Shown: positions 48,490 through 61,304 of the stretch, piece by piece
Layout: each line of letters begins with the position of its first letter
How positions within the stretch are numbered: position 1 is the first letter of the stretch
Origin: an uncultured Candidatus Binatia bacterium
Lineage (GTDB): Bacteria; Desulfobacterota; Binatia; UBA9968; JAJDTQ01
Length of the DNA stretch: 64,000 nucleotides
Assembly (NCBI GenBank): GCA_965214905.1
Contig: OZ243984.1
Span: 2,006,003 to 2,070,002 of the forward strand
Direction of reading: 5' to 3'
Notes under the pieces: generated by a model
What the model saw: the letters and a program-made list of their open reading frames with translations, nothing else
What the model was told of the DNA's origin: nothing
Database searches by the model: none
Translations under genes and position numbers: made by a program

Positions 48490-49644
48490 ATGGCAATGCC
48501 TCCGGTCATCGATTCCGACGGACACTATCACGAGCCCCACTATCTCTTCGACGAGTTCATCGAGAAGGAATACTTCTCCAGGCGGCCGCGGGTTTTGGCC
48601 ATTCGCGATCACGGCCTGGAGGTAGGGCGGTGGGTCGTGGAGGGCCGCGTGGTGCCGCGGATACCGTTCTCCAAGGGGGTCGGCGCCGGCGGCTTCGACT
48701 ACATGAGTCCGCGCCATCGGCAGATGCACATGAAGGACAACACCCTGGACGACGTCGAGGGCCGGCTCAAGGACCTGGAGCTTCTGGGCGTCGATGTGCA
48801 GGTGATCTACCCCACCGCCATGGTGTTCGTCTCGGACGTGGAGGACAAGGACCTGGCCACGGCTATCTGCCGCGCCCACAACAACTACGTCGCGGACCGA
48901 TGCAACCGGGCGCCGGAACGGCTCAAGGGCATCGCGCTGGTGCCGTTGCAGGACCCGAGCTCGGCCGTGGAGGAGATGCGCCGGGCCACCCGTGAGCTGG
49001 GTCTGGTGGCGGTCACCCTACCGGGTATCGTGGGCGTCAAACCGTTGCACTCGAAGGAGTTCGAGCCGTTTTTCAAGGCCGCCAACGAGCTCGACTGTCC
49101 CATCGGGTTCCACGCCGTTACCGGCATGCACGACACCCCCTGGGCGGACTGCTTCAAGGATTTCTTCTCGACCCACGTCACCGCCATGCCCTTCTCCATG
49201 ATGGTGGCGCTCATGTCCGTGACCCGCATGGGGCTCATGGAGGACCTGCCGAACCTTCGTTTCGCGTTCCTGGAGATCGACGGACAGTGGCTCCACTACT
49301 GGGCCAACTGGGTCAACCGGCACGTGGAGGACGCCCCGCGGGTGTCCGGCGGCTATCACCGGGAGCCGGGCTGGGGGGACGAGCCCTACCTGCTGCCGGA
49401 GGGCGTGAAGAACCCCCACGATTACATTCGATCGGGCCGGTTCCTGTCCGGCTACAGCGAGCACGAGGACCTGCGCTACCTCATCGACCATCTCGGGCCC
49501 CGGACGTTCATGTACGCGAGCGACTATCCCCACGGCGATACCGAATGGGAACGGGTGCAAGAGACCCGGGCGCTGGCGAGCCTCACCCAGGAAGAGAAGG
49601 ACGACATCCTGGGCAACAACGCGGCCCGGTTCTACAAGCTGTAG
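48490..49644 (+). CDS. Amidohydrolase-2 (ACMSD-like metal-dependent hydrolase/decarboxylase) family protein
   Basis: N-terminal VIDSDGHYHEP, the C-terminal ASDYPHGD motif and the final NAARFYKL are characteristic of PF04909. Confidence 0.75.
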   Translation: MAMPPVIDSDGHYHEPHYLFDEFIEKEYFSRRPRVLAIRDHGLEVGRWVVEGRVVPRIPFSKGVGAGGFDYMSPRHRQMHMKDNTLDDVEGRLKDLELLGVDVQVIYPTAMVFVSDVEDKDLATAICRAHNNYVADRCNRAPERLKGIALVPLQDPSSAVEEMRRATRELGLVAVTLPGIVGVKPLHSKEFEPFFKAANELDCPIGFHAVTGMHDTPWADCFKDFFSTHVTAMPFSMMVALMSVTRMGLMEDLPNLRFAFLEIDGQWLHYWANWVNRHVEDAPRVSGGYHREPGWGDEPYLLPEGVKNPHDYIRSGRFLSGYSEHEDLRYLIDHLGPRTFMYASDYPHGDTEWERVQETRALASLTQEEKDDILGNNAARFYKL

Positions 49645-49846
49645 GGGAAACTCTACTGTGTGTACTCTACTGTGAAAATACGGTTTTCATGCCTTCGGGG
49701 TGGTCGTGCCGATCCTTGGCGGGTCGGTCCGATTGCCCGTTCGCGAGGCCGCGTCCCGGCGTTGACACGCCGTGAATCCGTATGATAGCTTGGCGGCCTT
49801 CGGTGGCGGAAGTAGTCGAATTCGAACAAACTTTCAGGAGGTTTCC

Positions 49847-50824
49847 ATGATACGTCGATGCTGTTTCGCCGTGCTCGCAGGACTGTTCCTGGTCATGGCG
49901 GGGGCGCAGGGTTCCCTGGCGGCCACGGACGAGAAGTTTCCCGACAAGACCATAACGTGGCTGATCAATGCCGCTCCGGGGGGCGGGTTCGACCTCCACA
50001 GCCGGGCGGTAGCCCGGGTCATGAGGAAGAAGCTCGGCGTCAACATCATCATCCGGAACGTGCCGGGGGCGGGCGGGGTGATCTCATGGAACCTGCTGAC
50101 CGTGGCCAAGCCCGACGGCTACACCATCGGCATCGTCAACCTGCCCGGCGCCATCGTCAGCCAGTTGTTCAAGGAGACGCAATACAAGCTCAGGGAGTTC
50201 AGTTGGATCGGCCGCATCTCCGCGGCGCCGTATATCTACGCTGCCGGAAAGCAGTATGGGCTCCGTACGCTCGAGGACTTTCAGAAGGCAAAGGAAGTGC
50301 TCATTACGGAATCGGGTTACGGCACCACCGGCTGGGTCAATTCCGCACTGACGGCCGCGACCATGAAGTTCAAGCCCAAGTTCATCATGGGCTACGCCGG
50401 CGCGCCGGCGTCGAACATGGCCATCGTGCGCGGCGAGGGGCACGCCCGCGCCCTGGGCCTGGATTCTCCGGGCCAGATGGCCTTCATCAAGGATGGCTCC
50501 ATGGTCCCGACCTGGGTTTACCTCGAGAAGCGTGATCCCGGATATCCGGACGTCCCCACCGTGGGTGAGCTCGGGTTTCCGCAGTTGAGCGTCCTGGCGG
50601 CCAACCGTGTGGTGGCGGCGCCTCCCAACGTGCCCGAGGATCGCATGGCGGTCCTTATCGAGGCCTTCCGCGCGTCCATCGAGGACCCCGAGACCCAGGC
50701 GGCGTTCAAGGGCATGAGGGCCAAGACCGCGCCCGTCTACGGCGACGACTGGCTGCCCGTGATGGAGACCATGTTCAAGCTGATCCAGGACAACGCCGAC
50801 GTCTTCGAGAAGGTCCTCAAGTAG
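49847..50824 (+). CDS. Tripartite tricarboxylate transporter (TTT) substrate-binding protein TctC/Bug family
   Basis: Signal peptide, then the Bug-family fold (ITWLINAAPGGGFD..). Confidence 0.8.
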   Translation: MIRRCCFAVLAGLFLVMAGAQGSLAATDEKFPDKTITWLINAAPGGGFDLHSRAVARVMRKKLGVNIIIRNVPGAGGVISWNLLTVAKPDGYTIGIVNLPGAIVSQLFKETQYKLREFSWIGRISAAPYIYAAGKQYGLRTLEDFQKAKEVLITESGYGTTGWVNSALTAATMKFKPKFIMGYAGAPASNMAIVRGEGHARALGLDSPGQMAFIKDGSMVPTWVYLEKRDPGYPDVPTVGELGFPQLSVLAANRVVAAPPNVPEDRMAVLIEAFRASIEDPETQAAFKGMRAKTAPVYGDDWLPVMETMFKLIQDNADVFEKVLK

Positions 50825-50904
50825 CCATCGACCCTCGGCGTGTTCGCCTGTTGAGCGAACGGCCGGGCTGTTCCGTGCCGCCCGCACCGGCGTGTGAAAC
50901 GGAA

Positions 50905-50939
50905 GGGGGTGAGTCCGGTCGTGACTCGCCCCCTTTTTT
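50905..50939 (+). terminator. Rho-independent terminator after the tctC-like gene
   Basis: GGGGGTGAGTC-cggtcgt-GACTCGCCCCC hairpin followed by TTTTTT. Confidence 0.6.
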
Positions 50940-50980
50940 CAGCCGGGCGAATGCTGTTAAGATTCCCAAGGGAGGAGTGA

Positions 50981-51415
50981 ATGAAGATCGAAGGAAGTTA
51001 CGAGTTCAAAGCGCCGCGTGAGCGCATCTGGGAGATCCTGCAGGACCCCGAGGTCATGGCCCGGTGTATGCCCGGCTGCGAGAGCATGAAAGAGATCGGT
51101 CCGGATCAATACGAGGCCACGGTCAAGGTCGGCATCGCCGCGGTCAAGGGGAGCTACAAGGCCAAGGTCGCCATCAAGGAGAAGCAGGCCCCCAGCCACT
51201 ACGTGCTCAGCGGCCAGGGCTCCGGCGGCCCCGGTTTCATGCAGGGCGACCTGGTCATCGACCTGGAGGAGAACGGCGACTCGGGCACCACGCTGCGTTA
51301 CAGCACCGACGCCAAGATCGGCGGCTTGATCGCGGGGGTAGGCCAGCGCATGCTGGGAGGCGTGGGCAAGATGATGGTAGACCAGTTTTTCAAGAAGATG
51401 GAAGGGTTCGTCTAG
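50981..51415 (+). CDS. CoxG-family SRPBCC protein
   Basis: FKAPRERIWEILQDPEVMARCMPGCE..GGVGKMMVDQFFKKM matches carbon monoxide dehydrogenase subunit G-like proteins. Confidence 0.75.
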   Translation: MKIEGSYEFKAPRERIWEILQDPEVMARCMPGCESMKEIGPDQYEATVKVGIAAVKGSYKAKVAIKEKQAPSHYVLSGQGSGGPGFMQGDLVIDLEENGDSGTTLRYSTDAKIGGLIAGVGQRMLGGVGKMMVDQFFKKMEGFV

Positions 51416-51551
51416 GAACCACTCGCCGCCATAGCAGCGATATCGCCGGTTTCGCAGCTCCATCCTGCCTTCACCGTACGACGCCTTGCCGCACGGCGGG
51501 TTTTGTGGTGTAATCGCGTCCCATTTCGGAAATCCGTTCACAGGGAGGTCG

Positions 51552-52571
51552 ATGATGTCGAACCTGCGTCCGAGTCTCTCTTCCGCAGCCGTGATCTTCG
51601 CGGCCTGCCTGCTGCTGGCCGCGCCGGCGGCCGCGCAACCCATCACCATGAAGATCGGGCACGCGACCACCAAGGGGGCGTTCGACAACTGGGCCGACAC
51701 GTTCAAGGCCGGCCTCGCCGAGAGGATCGGAGACCGCATCAAGGTGGAGGTCTATCCGCTCAGCCAGCTCGGGGCGATACCCGCCATGGTGCAGGGTGTG
51801 CAGCTAGGCACCATCGAGATGACGATGACTCCCCCGGCGTTCCTGTCCGGGGTGGACCCGCGCTATGCGGTGCTCTCCGCTCCGGGCATTTTCGACGATC
51901 TCATGCACGGTTTCCGCACCGTGCACGATCCGGCGTTCAAAAAGGCGTTCTGGTCCATCGGTGATGCCAAGGGTCTCAAGCTCGTCAGCATGACCTGCGA
52001 CGCGCCCACCGACTATGCCACCTCGACGCCCATCCGCCGGCTCTCGGACTTCCGCGGACGCAAGCTCCGGGTGTTCGGCAGCAAGCTGGAGATCGAAGCC
52101 TTGCGCCGGCTGGGCGCCGCGGGCGTGCCGATGCCCCTTTCCGAGGTGGTCCCGGCGATTCAGCAGAAGACCATCGACGGCAACAAGGCGGGCATCACCA
52201 TCTTTGTCCCCTTCAAGTACCAGCGCATCGCCAAGTACGTGCTGAAGCCCAGCGAGTCGCTGATCTGCGTCGGCCGCTTCGTGAGCAAGGTGTGGTTCGA
52301 CAAGCTGGCTCCCGACCTGCAAAAGGCGATCCTGGACCAGGCGCTGGCCACCGATCCGCTCAACCAGGCGTGGACCCTCGAATTCGTCGAGCGCATGTAC
52401 CAGGTATGGGTCAAGGCCGGCGGCGAATTGGCGGAGTTGCCGCCTGAAGATCAGGCCGAGTTGCGGCGACGCCTTTCCACCGTGGGCGACGACGTGTTGA
52501 AGGACCGCCCGGCGGTGCTCGAAACGTACCGCGTCATGAAGGAGGCGGCCCAGCGCACGCGCGGCGGCTGA
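51552..52571 (+). CDS. dctP: TRAP transporter substrate-binding protein DctP
   Basis: Signal peptide followed by the DctP fold. AGGGAGG RBS 5 nt upstream. Confidence 0.85.
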   Translation: MMSNLRPSLSSAAVIFAACLLLAAPAAAQPITMKIGHATTKGAFDNWADTFKAGLAERIGDRIKVEVYPLSQLGAIPAMVQGVQLGTIEMTMTPPAFLSGVDPRYAVLSAPGIFDDLMHGFRTVHDPAFKKAFWSIGDAKGLKLVSMTCDAPTDYATSTPIRRLSDFRGRKLRVFGSKLEIEALRRLGAAGVPMPLSEVVPAIQQKTIDGNKAGITIFVPFKYQRIAKYVLKPSESLICVGRFVSKVWFDKLAPDLQKAILDQALATDPLNQAWTLEFVERMYQVWVKAGGELAELPPEDQAELRRRLSTVGDDVLKDRPAVLETYRVMKEAAQRTRGG

Positions 52572-52655
52572 TACCGGATTCCCCGCTACCGCATCGACGT
52601 CACCGGCGGCCCAGCCCATGCGTGGCGGCTGAAGCCTTGATGACGGGCCGATGGG

Positions 52656-53213
52656 TTGCGCCCAACCATGAATCATGCTCCCCGTGAACTTCCGAGGCCT
52701 CTCCGCTTTGCCATCGTGACGGTGCCGAAGGCCTTCGTCGGCGTGCTGATCCTCGCCGGCATCGCCGTCAACTTCGCCAACGTCGTCGGGCGCTACGTCT
52801 TCCTCCAACCCCTCATCTGGGCCGACGAGACCATGGTCTACATCATGGTCTGGACGGTGTTCATGGGGGCCGTCCTGGTTTCCTTCGAGGGGCAGCACCT
52901 GAAGATGGACTTCTTCTCCATCATGCTGCCCTCGCCCTGGAAGGAGATCATCAACGGCATCGCTGCGGTTTCGTTCCTTGCCGTTTGCGTCTTCGTCGTT
53001 CCCCAGACCTGGACCGTGGTGAAGCTCATGTGGAACTTCGGCCAGCGAAGCGTCGTCGCCGAGATTCCCATGGTGATACCGCACTCCGCACTGCTGTTGG
53101 GCTTCGTGCTCATGTTCCTGGCGGTGGTCCTCCGCTTCCGTTCATACGTGAAGGGGCAGTTCGCCGGCGAAACCGCCGAGAAATACGGCGGCGACCCGCC
53201 GGATGAGCTTTAG
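52656..53213 (+). CDS. dctQ: TRAP transporter small permease DctQ
   Basis: 4-TM small TRAP subunit. Confidence 0.75.
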   Translation: MRPTMNHAPRELPRPLRFAIVTVPKAFVGVLILAGIAVNFANVVGRYVFLQPLIWADETMVYIMVWTVFMGAVLVSFEGQHLKMDFFSIMLPSPWKEIINGIAAVSFLAVCVFVVPQTWTVVKLMWNFGQRSVVAEIPMVIPHSALLLGFVLMFLAVVLRFRSYVKGQFAGETAEKYGGDPPDEL

Positions 53214-53315
53214 GGCGAGCAAAGTCTCCGTTCGCTCTGAGCGCCGCGGCAGCGGTGTGAAGTCGAAGGGCCTGTCCCGAGCTTTGTCGAAGGACACTGG
53301 CCGAAGGGATGTTCC

Positions 53316-54590
53316 GTGGAATGGGTGATGGCCGTCGTGCCGGTGATCCTGCTGCTGCTGGGGTTTCCGATCTTCGTCATCCTGCTGGCCACTTCCGCCA
53401 TCGTGCTGCTGCTGTTCGCGCCGGTGCCGCCGATGGCGGTGCACATCAACCTGTTCGGCAGCGTTGACAAGTTCGCCCTGATGGCGGTGCCGTTCTTCAT
53501 TTTCGCCGGAGATCTGATGGGCCGGGGCGGCATCTCCAGGCGCATCGTCGCCTGGGTGCTCGCCGTCATCGGCGGCCTCCGCGGCAGCCTGGCGCTGACC
53601 GCGGTCGGGACCTGCACCGTCTTCGGCGCCATTTCCGGTTCCAGCCCTGCCACCGTGGCCGCGGTCGGGCGGCTGCTCTACCGGCCCCTCCGGGACGCCG
53701 GCTACGACGAGAAGTTCTCCACCGGCCTGCTGACCTCATCGGGCGCCATCGCCATCGTGATACCCCCGTCCATCGGCATGATCCTCTACGGCGTGTCGGC
53801 GCAGGAGTCGGTGGTGCTGCTGTTCGTGGCCGGCATCGTTCCCGGCCTGATCATGGCGCTGCTGATGGCCGCCTACATCTACGGGTTCGCCATCAGGCGG
53901 GGAATCCGCGAGGCTTCGGGGTTCTCGTTTCAAGAGTTCCTCACGGCCAGCAGGGAAGGCGTGTGGGCCCTGGGCATGCCCGTCATCATACTCGGGGGTA
54001 TCTATGCGGGCGTCTTCTCGCCCACCGAAGCGGCCGGCATCGCCTGCGTCTACGCCATCGTCGTGACGCGCTTCATCTACGGCGACATCGGTTGGAAGGG
54101 AATCTGGGAGGTGTCCGTCAACTCCATGTACCTGACGGCCCAGGTGCTCATCATCGTCGCCGCGGCCGGGGTTTTCTCGCAACTGCTCACCATCAGCGGC
54201 GCGCCGCAGAGCGTGGTGGCCATGATCCGCGACCTGAACCTGCCGCCGTGGACGACGCTGCTGGCGATCAACATCTTCCTGCTGTTTGTGGGCTGCCTGC
54301 TCGATCCCGCGTCCGCGATCCTGGTGCTCACGCCGTTGCTGGCCCCCATCGCCGTCGCCATCGGGGTCGACCTGATCCATTTCGGCATCATCATGACCGT
54401 GAACCTCGCCATCGGCATGTTCACGCCGCCCTTCGGGCTCAACATCTTCGTCACCCAGGCCCTGTTCAAGGCGCCGCTGACGAGCATCTATCCGGGGCTG
54501 GCGCCGTTCATCATCATCAACATCGTCGCGCTGCTGATCGTCACCTACGTCCCGGAACTGTCGCTGTTCCTGACCCGCTATCCGGGGTGA
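53316..54590 (+). CDS. dctM: TRAP transporter large permease DctM
   Basis: 12-TM DctM (PFFIFAGDLM, GLNIFV). Confidence 0.85.
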   Translation: MEWVMAVVPVILLLLGFPIFVILLATSAIVLLLFAPVPPMAVHINLFGSVDKFALMAVPFFIFAGDLMGRGGISRRIVAWVLAVIGGLRGSLALTAVGTCTVFGAISGSSPATVAAVGRLLYRPLRDAGYDEKFSTGLLTSSGAIAIVIPPSIGMILYGVSAQESVVLLFVAGIVPGLIMALLMAAYIYGFAIRRGIREASGFSFQEFLTASREGVWALGMPVIILGGIYAGVFSPTEAAGIACVYAIVVTRFIYGDIGWKGIWEVSVNSMYLTAQVLIIVAAAGVFSQLLTISGAPQSVVAMIRDLNLPPWTTLLAINIFLLFVGCLLDPASAILVLTPLLAPIAVAIGVDLIHFGIIMTVNLAIGMFTPPFGLNIFVTQALFKAPLTSIYPGLAPFIIINIVALLIVTYVPELSLFLTRYPG

Positions 54591-54686
54591 CGATCCGAAC
54601 AAGGCCATGGTGCGGAAGGTTCGCCGTTCCGATTTCTTCGTGGCCTTGCAAAGGACTTCACGGATAAGGGACCAGGTAACCAGGCC

Positions 54687-55544
54687 ATGACGCAAGATCC
54701 GCGAGCACTCGTCAGCGTAATCATCCCGACCTGCAACCGTTGGCCGATGGTCGGCGAGGCGGTGGAGTCGGTCCTCGCCCAGACCGCCGGCAGGTACGAG
54801 TTGATCGTCGTCGATGACGGGTCCACCGATGAGACCCCTCACCGGCTGCGGCAGTACGGTGCGCGGCTCACGTTGTCGACCCAGTGTCGCCGGGGCGTCT
54901 CGGCCGCCCGAAACCTGGGCGCCAGCCGGGCCTTGGGCAAGTATCTGGCTTTCCTGGACTCCGACGATCTCTGGCGCCCGCGCAAGCTCGAACGGCAACT
55001 GGAGTTCATGGAGCGCAACCCGGAAGTCGAGATCTGTCAGACCGACGAGATCTGGATACGCAACGGCGTACGCGTGAATCCGAGGGACAAGCACCGCAAG
55101 CCTTCCGGCGATATCTTTCGCGCGAGCCTCGATCTTTGCCTGGTCAGTCCTTCGGCGGTGATGATGCGGCGGGAACTGTTCCACCGGGTCGGAGGCTTCG
55201 ACGAGTCCCTGCCCGTGTGCGAGGACTACGACCTGTGGCTCCGTATCGCCAGGGACACTGCGGTGCCGTTGATCCCCGAGCCGCTGGTCACCAGGCGGGG
55301 AGGGCACGCGGATCAGCTTTCCCGCTCCACCTGGGGCCTCGACCGCTTCCGCGTCCGGTCCATCGCCAACCTCATCGAAGCGGGCCTGGACGCCGAGAAG
55401 GCCGGATGGGCCTTGGAGGCCATGGCGAAAAAGGTTACGATTCTGGCCCGTGGCTTCCGCAAGCGCGGCAACGAAGCCATGGCGCGGGCCTACGAGGAGC
55501 GACTGCGCCGCGCACGTGCCCGTGTCGATCCTGACCCGGCGTAG
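54687..55544 (+). CDS. Glycosyltransferase family 2
   Basis: VSVIIPTCNR.., DDGSTDET, LDSDD and the ED motif. Confidence 0.8.
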   Translation: MTQDPRALVSVIIPTCNRWPMVGEAVESVLAQTAGRYELIVVDDGSTDETPHRLRQYGARLTLSTQCRRGVSAARNLGASRALGKYLAFLDSDDLWRPRKLERQLEFMERNPEVEICQTDEIWIRNGVRVNPRDKHRKPSGDIFRASLDLCLVSPSAVMMRRELFHRVGGFDESLPVCEDYDLWLRIARDTAVPLIPEPLVTRRGGHADQLSRSTWGLDRFRVRSIANLIEAGLDAEKAGWALEAMAKKVTILARGFRKRGNEAMARAYEERLRRARARVDPDPA

Positions 55545-55552
55545 CTGGAAGA

Positions 55553-56143
55553 ATGCGGTATTCCGTCGCTAACTTAGGGACTAAAGAACACGTGACACTA
55601 TCTGAAGAAATCACGGGCTACGGCCGGGAACGGGGCATTCACGCCCAAGCGGTGCAGCGCTGGCTGGCGCTGGGCGAGGCGGATCAGAACGCCATGCTGC
55701 GGCTCGCGCGTAACCTGCGGCTCGGCGGCAACCATTTCAACGACCTCCTCGACTGGTGCGTGGAGATATCCCTGCGCGACGGTTGCTCCATCGCGGCGGT
55801 CATCGACGGGGACGAGCTTGCGCCAACCCTGTCGGACAGCCGTTTAGGCCGCAACGACAAGCTCAAGCACGCCAAGGAGGCCCTGCGGCGGCTGCGCTAT
55901 CCCCGCCTGACCCGTATCGAGGACGAGGTGCGCCGCCGGCTCCGAAGCCTGAAGCTGGACCCGCGCATCCGCATCACCGTGGCGCCGGGCCTCGAAGGCG
56001 GCCTCAAGATAGAGTTGCAGGCCGGCGGACTCGACGCGCTGGGCCGCCTCGCGCGGGAAGTGGAATCCCTGGCCGAGAACGACACGGCAAGAGAGGTATT
56101 CGCGCTCATGGAGGGGAAAGAGGGTGCAGGCGTATCGTCCTGA
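55553..56143 (+). CDS. Hypothetical protein (196 aa), overlaps the downstream SPL-family gene by 20 nt
   Basis: Coding-like composition, no recognisable motif. Translationally coupled to the next gene. Confidence 0.4.
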   Translation: MRYSVANLGTKEHVTLSEEITGYGRERGIHAQAVQRWLALGEADQNAMLRLARNLRLGGNHFNDLLDWCVEISLRDGCSIAAVIDGDELAPTLSDSRLGRNDKLKHAKEALRRLRYPRLTRIEDEVRRRLRSLKLDPRIRITVAPGLEGGLKIELQAGGLDALGRLAREVESLAENDTAREVFALMEGKEGAGVSS

Positions 56144-57227
56144 AAGGGTCGTCGTGGAGAGCGGCGCCGAGGGTTCGGCCATTTACGACAACCTTCGGAA
56201 CGCCCTGCCCGAGGTGCCGTTCGTCACCGTCCCGGATCCCCAGCGCTACCGGGCGGACCGCGACGGCGGCGCCGACCCCATCTCCCGCGGCAAGCGCGAC
56301 CTGCTGCTGACGCGCCACCAGGGAAAGTTCCTGAAGAAATGCCCGGGCAGCGACGGCCAGGTCTGCTGCAACTACTTCGTCATCAACTTCGCCAGCAACT
56401 GCCCCATGGATTGCAGCTATTGCTACCTGCAGGACTATCTCGCCGAGAACCCGGCCCTCAAGGTGTTCAGCAACCTGGACGATCTCCTGTCGGAGACCCG
56501 AGAGATGCTGGCGCGGCACCGGGGCGTTCTCTTCCGTATCGGCACCGGCGAGATCACCGACAGCCTGGCGTTGGAGCCCCTCATCGGCTTTGCCGCGGCC
56601 ACGGTGCCGTTCTTCGCCGAGCAGCCCAACGTGCTGCTGGAGCTCAAGACCAAGAGCGACCACGTGGAGGGTCTGCTCGGCCTGGACCCCAAGGAACGGG
56701 TGGTGGTCTCGTGGTCCATGAACCCCCAGGCCGTCATCGACGCCGACGAGGGCCTGACCGCCTCGCTGGAAGAGCGACTCGACGCCGCCTACCGCTGCCA
56801 GCAGGCCGGCTACAAGCTGGGCTTCCACTTCGATCCCCTGGTGGAGTACCCCGGCTGGGAAGAAGACTACCGCGGCCTGCTTCACCGGCTTTTCACCCGC
56901 CTGGACCACCGGCGCATGGCCTGGACCAGCATGGGCGTGCTGCGCACCACCCCGTCGCTGAAACGTGTGATGCGGCAACGCTTCCCCGCCACCCGGATCC
57001 TGTCCGGCGAGCAGGTCTCGTGCCCTGACGGCAAGATGCGCTACTTCCAGCCCCTGCGCGTGGCCATGTACCGCAAGATGCGCCAATGGATCCGCGAGGC
57101 CGCACCGCTGGTGCCCCTCTACCTCTGCATGGAGACCCGCGAGGTCTGGGACCAGGTGTTCGGCTACTTCCCGAGCTGCGGCAAGGAGCTGGGCAACGAG
57201 CTGGTGGGTGCGGAGCCACGGGTCTAG
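56124..57227 (+). CDS. Spore-photoproduct-lyase (SPL) family radical SAM protein
   Basis: CPMDCSYC (C-x3-C-x2-C) radical SAM triad at about residue 90; SPL-family length of about 360 aa. Confidence 0.7.
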   Translation: MQAYRPERVVVESGAEGSAIYDNLRNALPEVPFVTVPDPQRYRADRDGGADPISRGKRDLLLTRHQGKFLKKCPGSDGQVCCNYFVINFASNCPMDCSYCYLQDYLAENPALKVFSNLDDLLSETREMLARHRGVLFRIGTGEITDSLALEPLIGFAAATVPFFAEQPNVLLELKTKSDHVEGLLGLDPKERVVVSWSMNPQAVIDADEGLTASLEERLDAAYRCQQAGYKLGFHFDPLVEYPGWEEDYRGLLHRLFTRLDHRRMAWTSMGVLRTTPSLKRVMRQRFPATRILSGEQVSCPDGKMRYFQPLRVAMYRKMRQWIREAAPLVPLYLCMETREVWDQVFGYFPSCGKELGNELVGAEPRV

Positions 57228-57787
57228 CACGGTGAAAACCGGAGACGAACTACTGAAGCGAATCACTGCGGGGCCGGACGTATTCCCCCTTTTCACCGCT
57301 CGCCTGGAAGGAGCGAGATCAACCGCTCGGAAACCGCCCGCGCCGCCTCGGCCGGCTAAAGTAGCATTTTTCATCACATTGCAATAATCACATTGCAATA
57401 GTGACCGGTGGCTGGTCGAAGCAAAAGGTTCCACTGCCTCGAGCCTGAGATCGGGTGCACATGAGATCGCGAACGGTTCCGCCGGAGCACAGCCAAGCGC
57501 CGCGACGCCGGGTTGTGCACCCGATGCGGTCCACGGCCGCCCGCGCCGGGGCGCGGCGTGTGCGAACCGTGCGCGGAGACGAAGCGCCTCCCCGGGCGCG
57601 CCCGTGACGCCAGGCTCCGGGCCGCCGGCCGACTGCGCAGGGATCCGGACAAGGCCCGCGCGTCCGAACGCCGGCGCTATCGGCGCTTTGCCCTGACTAT
57701 CAACACCGAGTGAACACCGAGTGCTTCCGAAAAACCGCACTGCTCCCGAAAATTGCAACTCGCCTCCGTAATCGCTATCCTGATCCC

Positions 57788-61267
<3,480 letters not shown>

Positions 61268-61304
61268 CCGGCGCCGGCGCCGGGCGGCAAGGGGGGCACA
61301 AGCG

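Noticed and set aside
49755-49790. TTGACA ... TATGAT sigma-70 promoter upstream of the tctC-like gene
   Set aside because: Spacer is only 13 nt; alternative -10 hexamers are weak. Not reported as a feature.
57513-57713. Calling the Cys4 mini-ORF upstream of secA as a gene
   Set aside because: TTG start, Arg-rich GC-skewed composition and no RBS. Kept only as a low-confidence observation, not as a feature.
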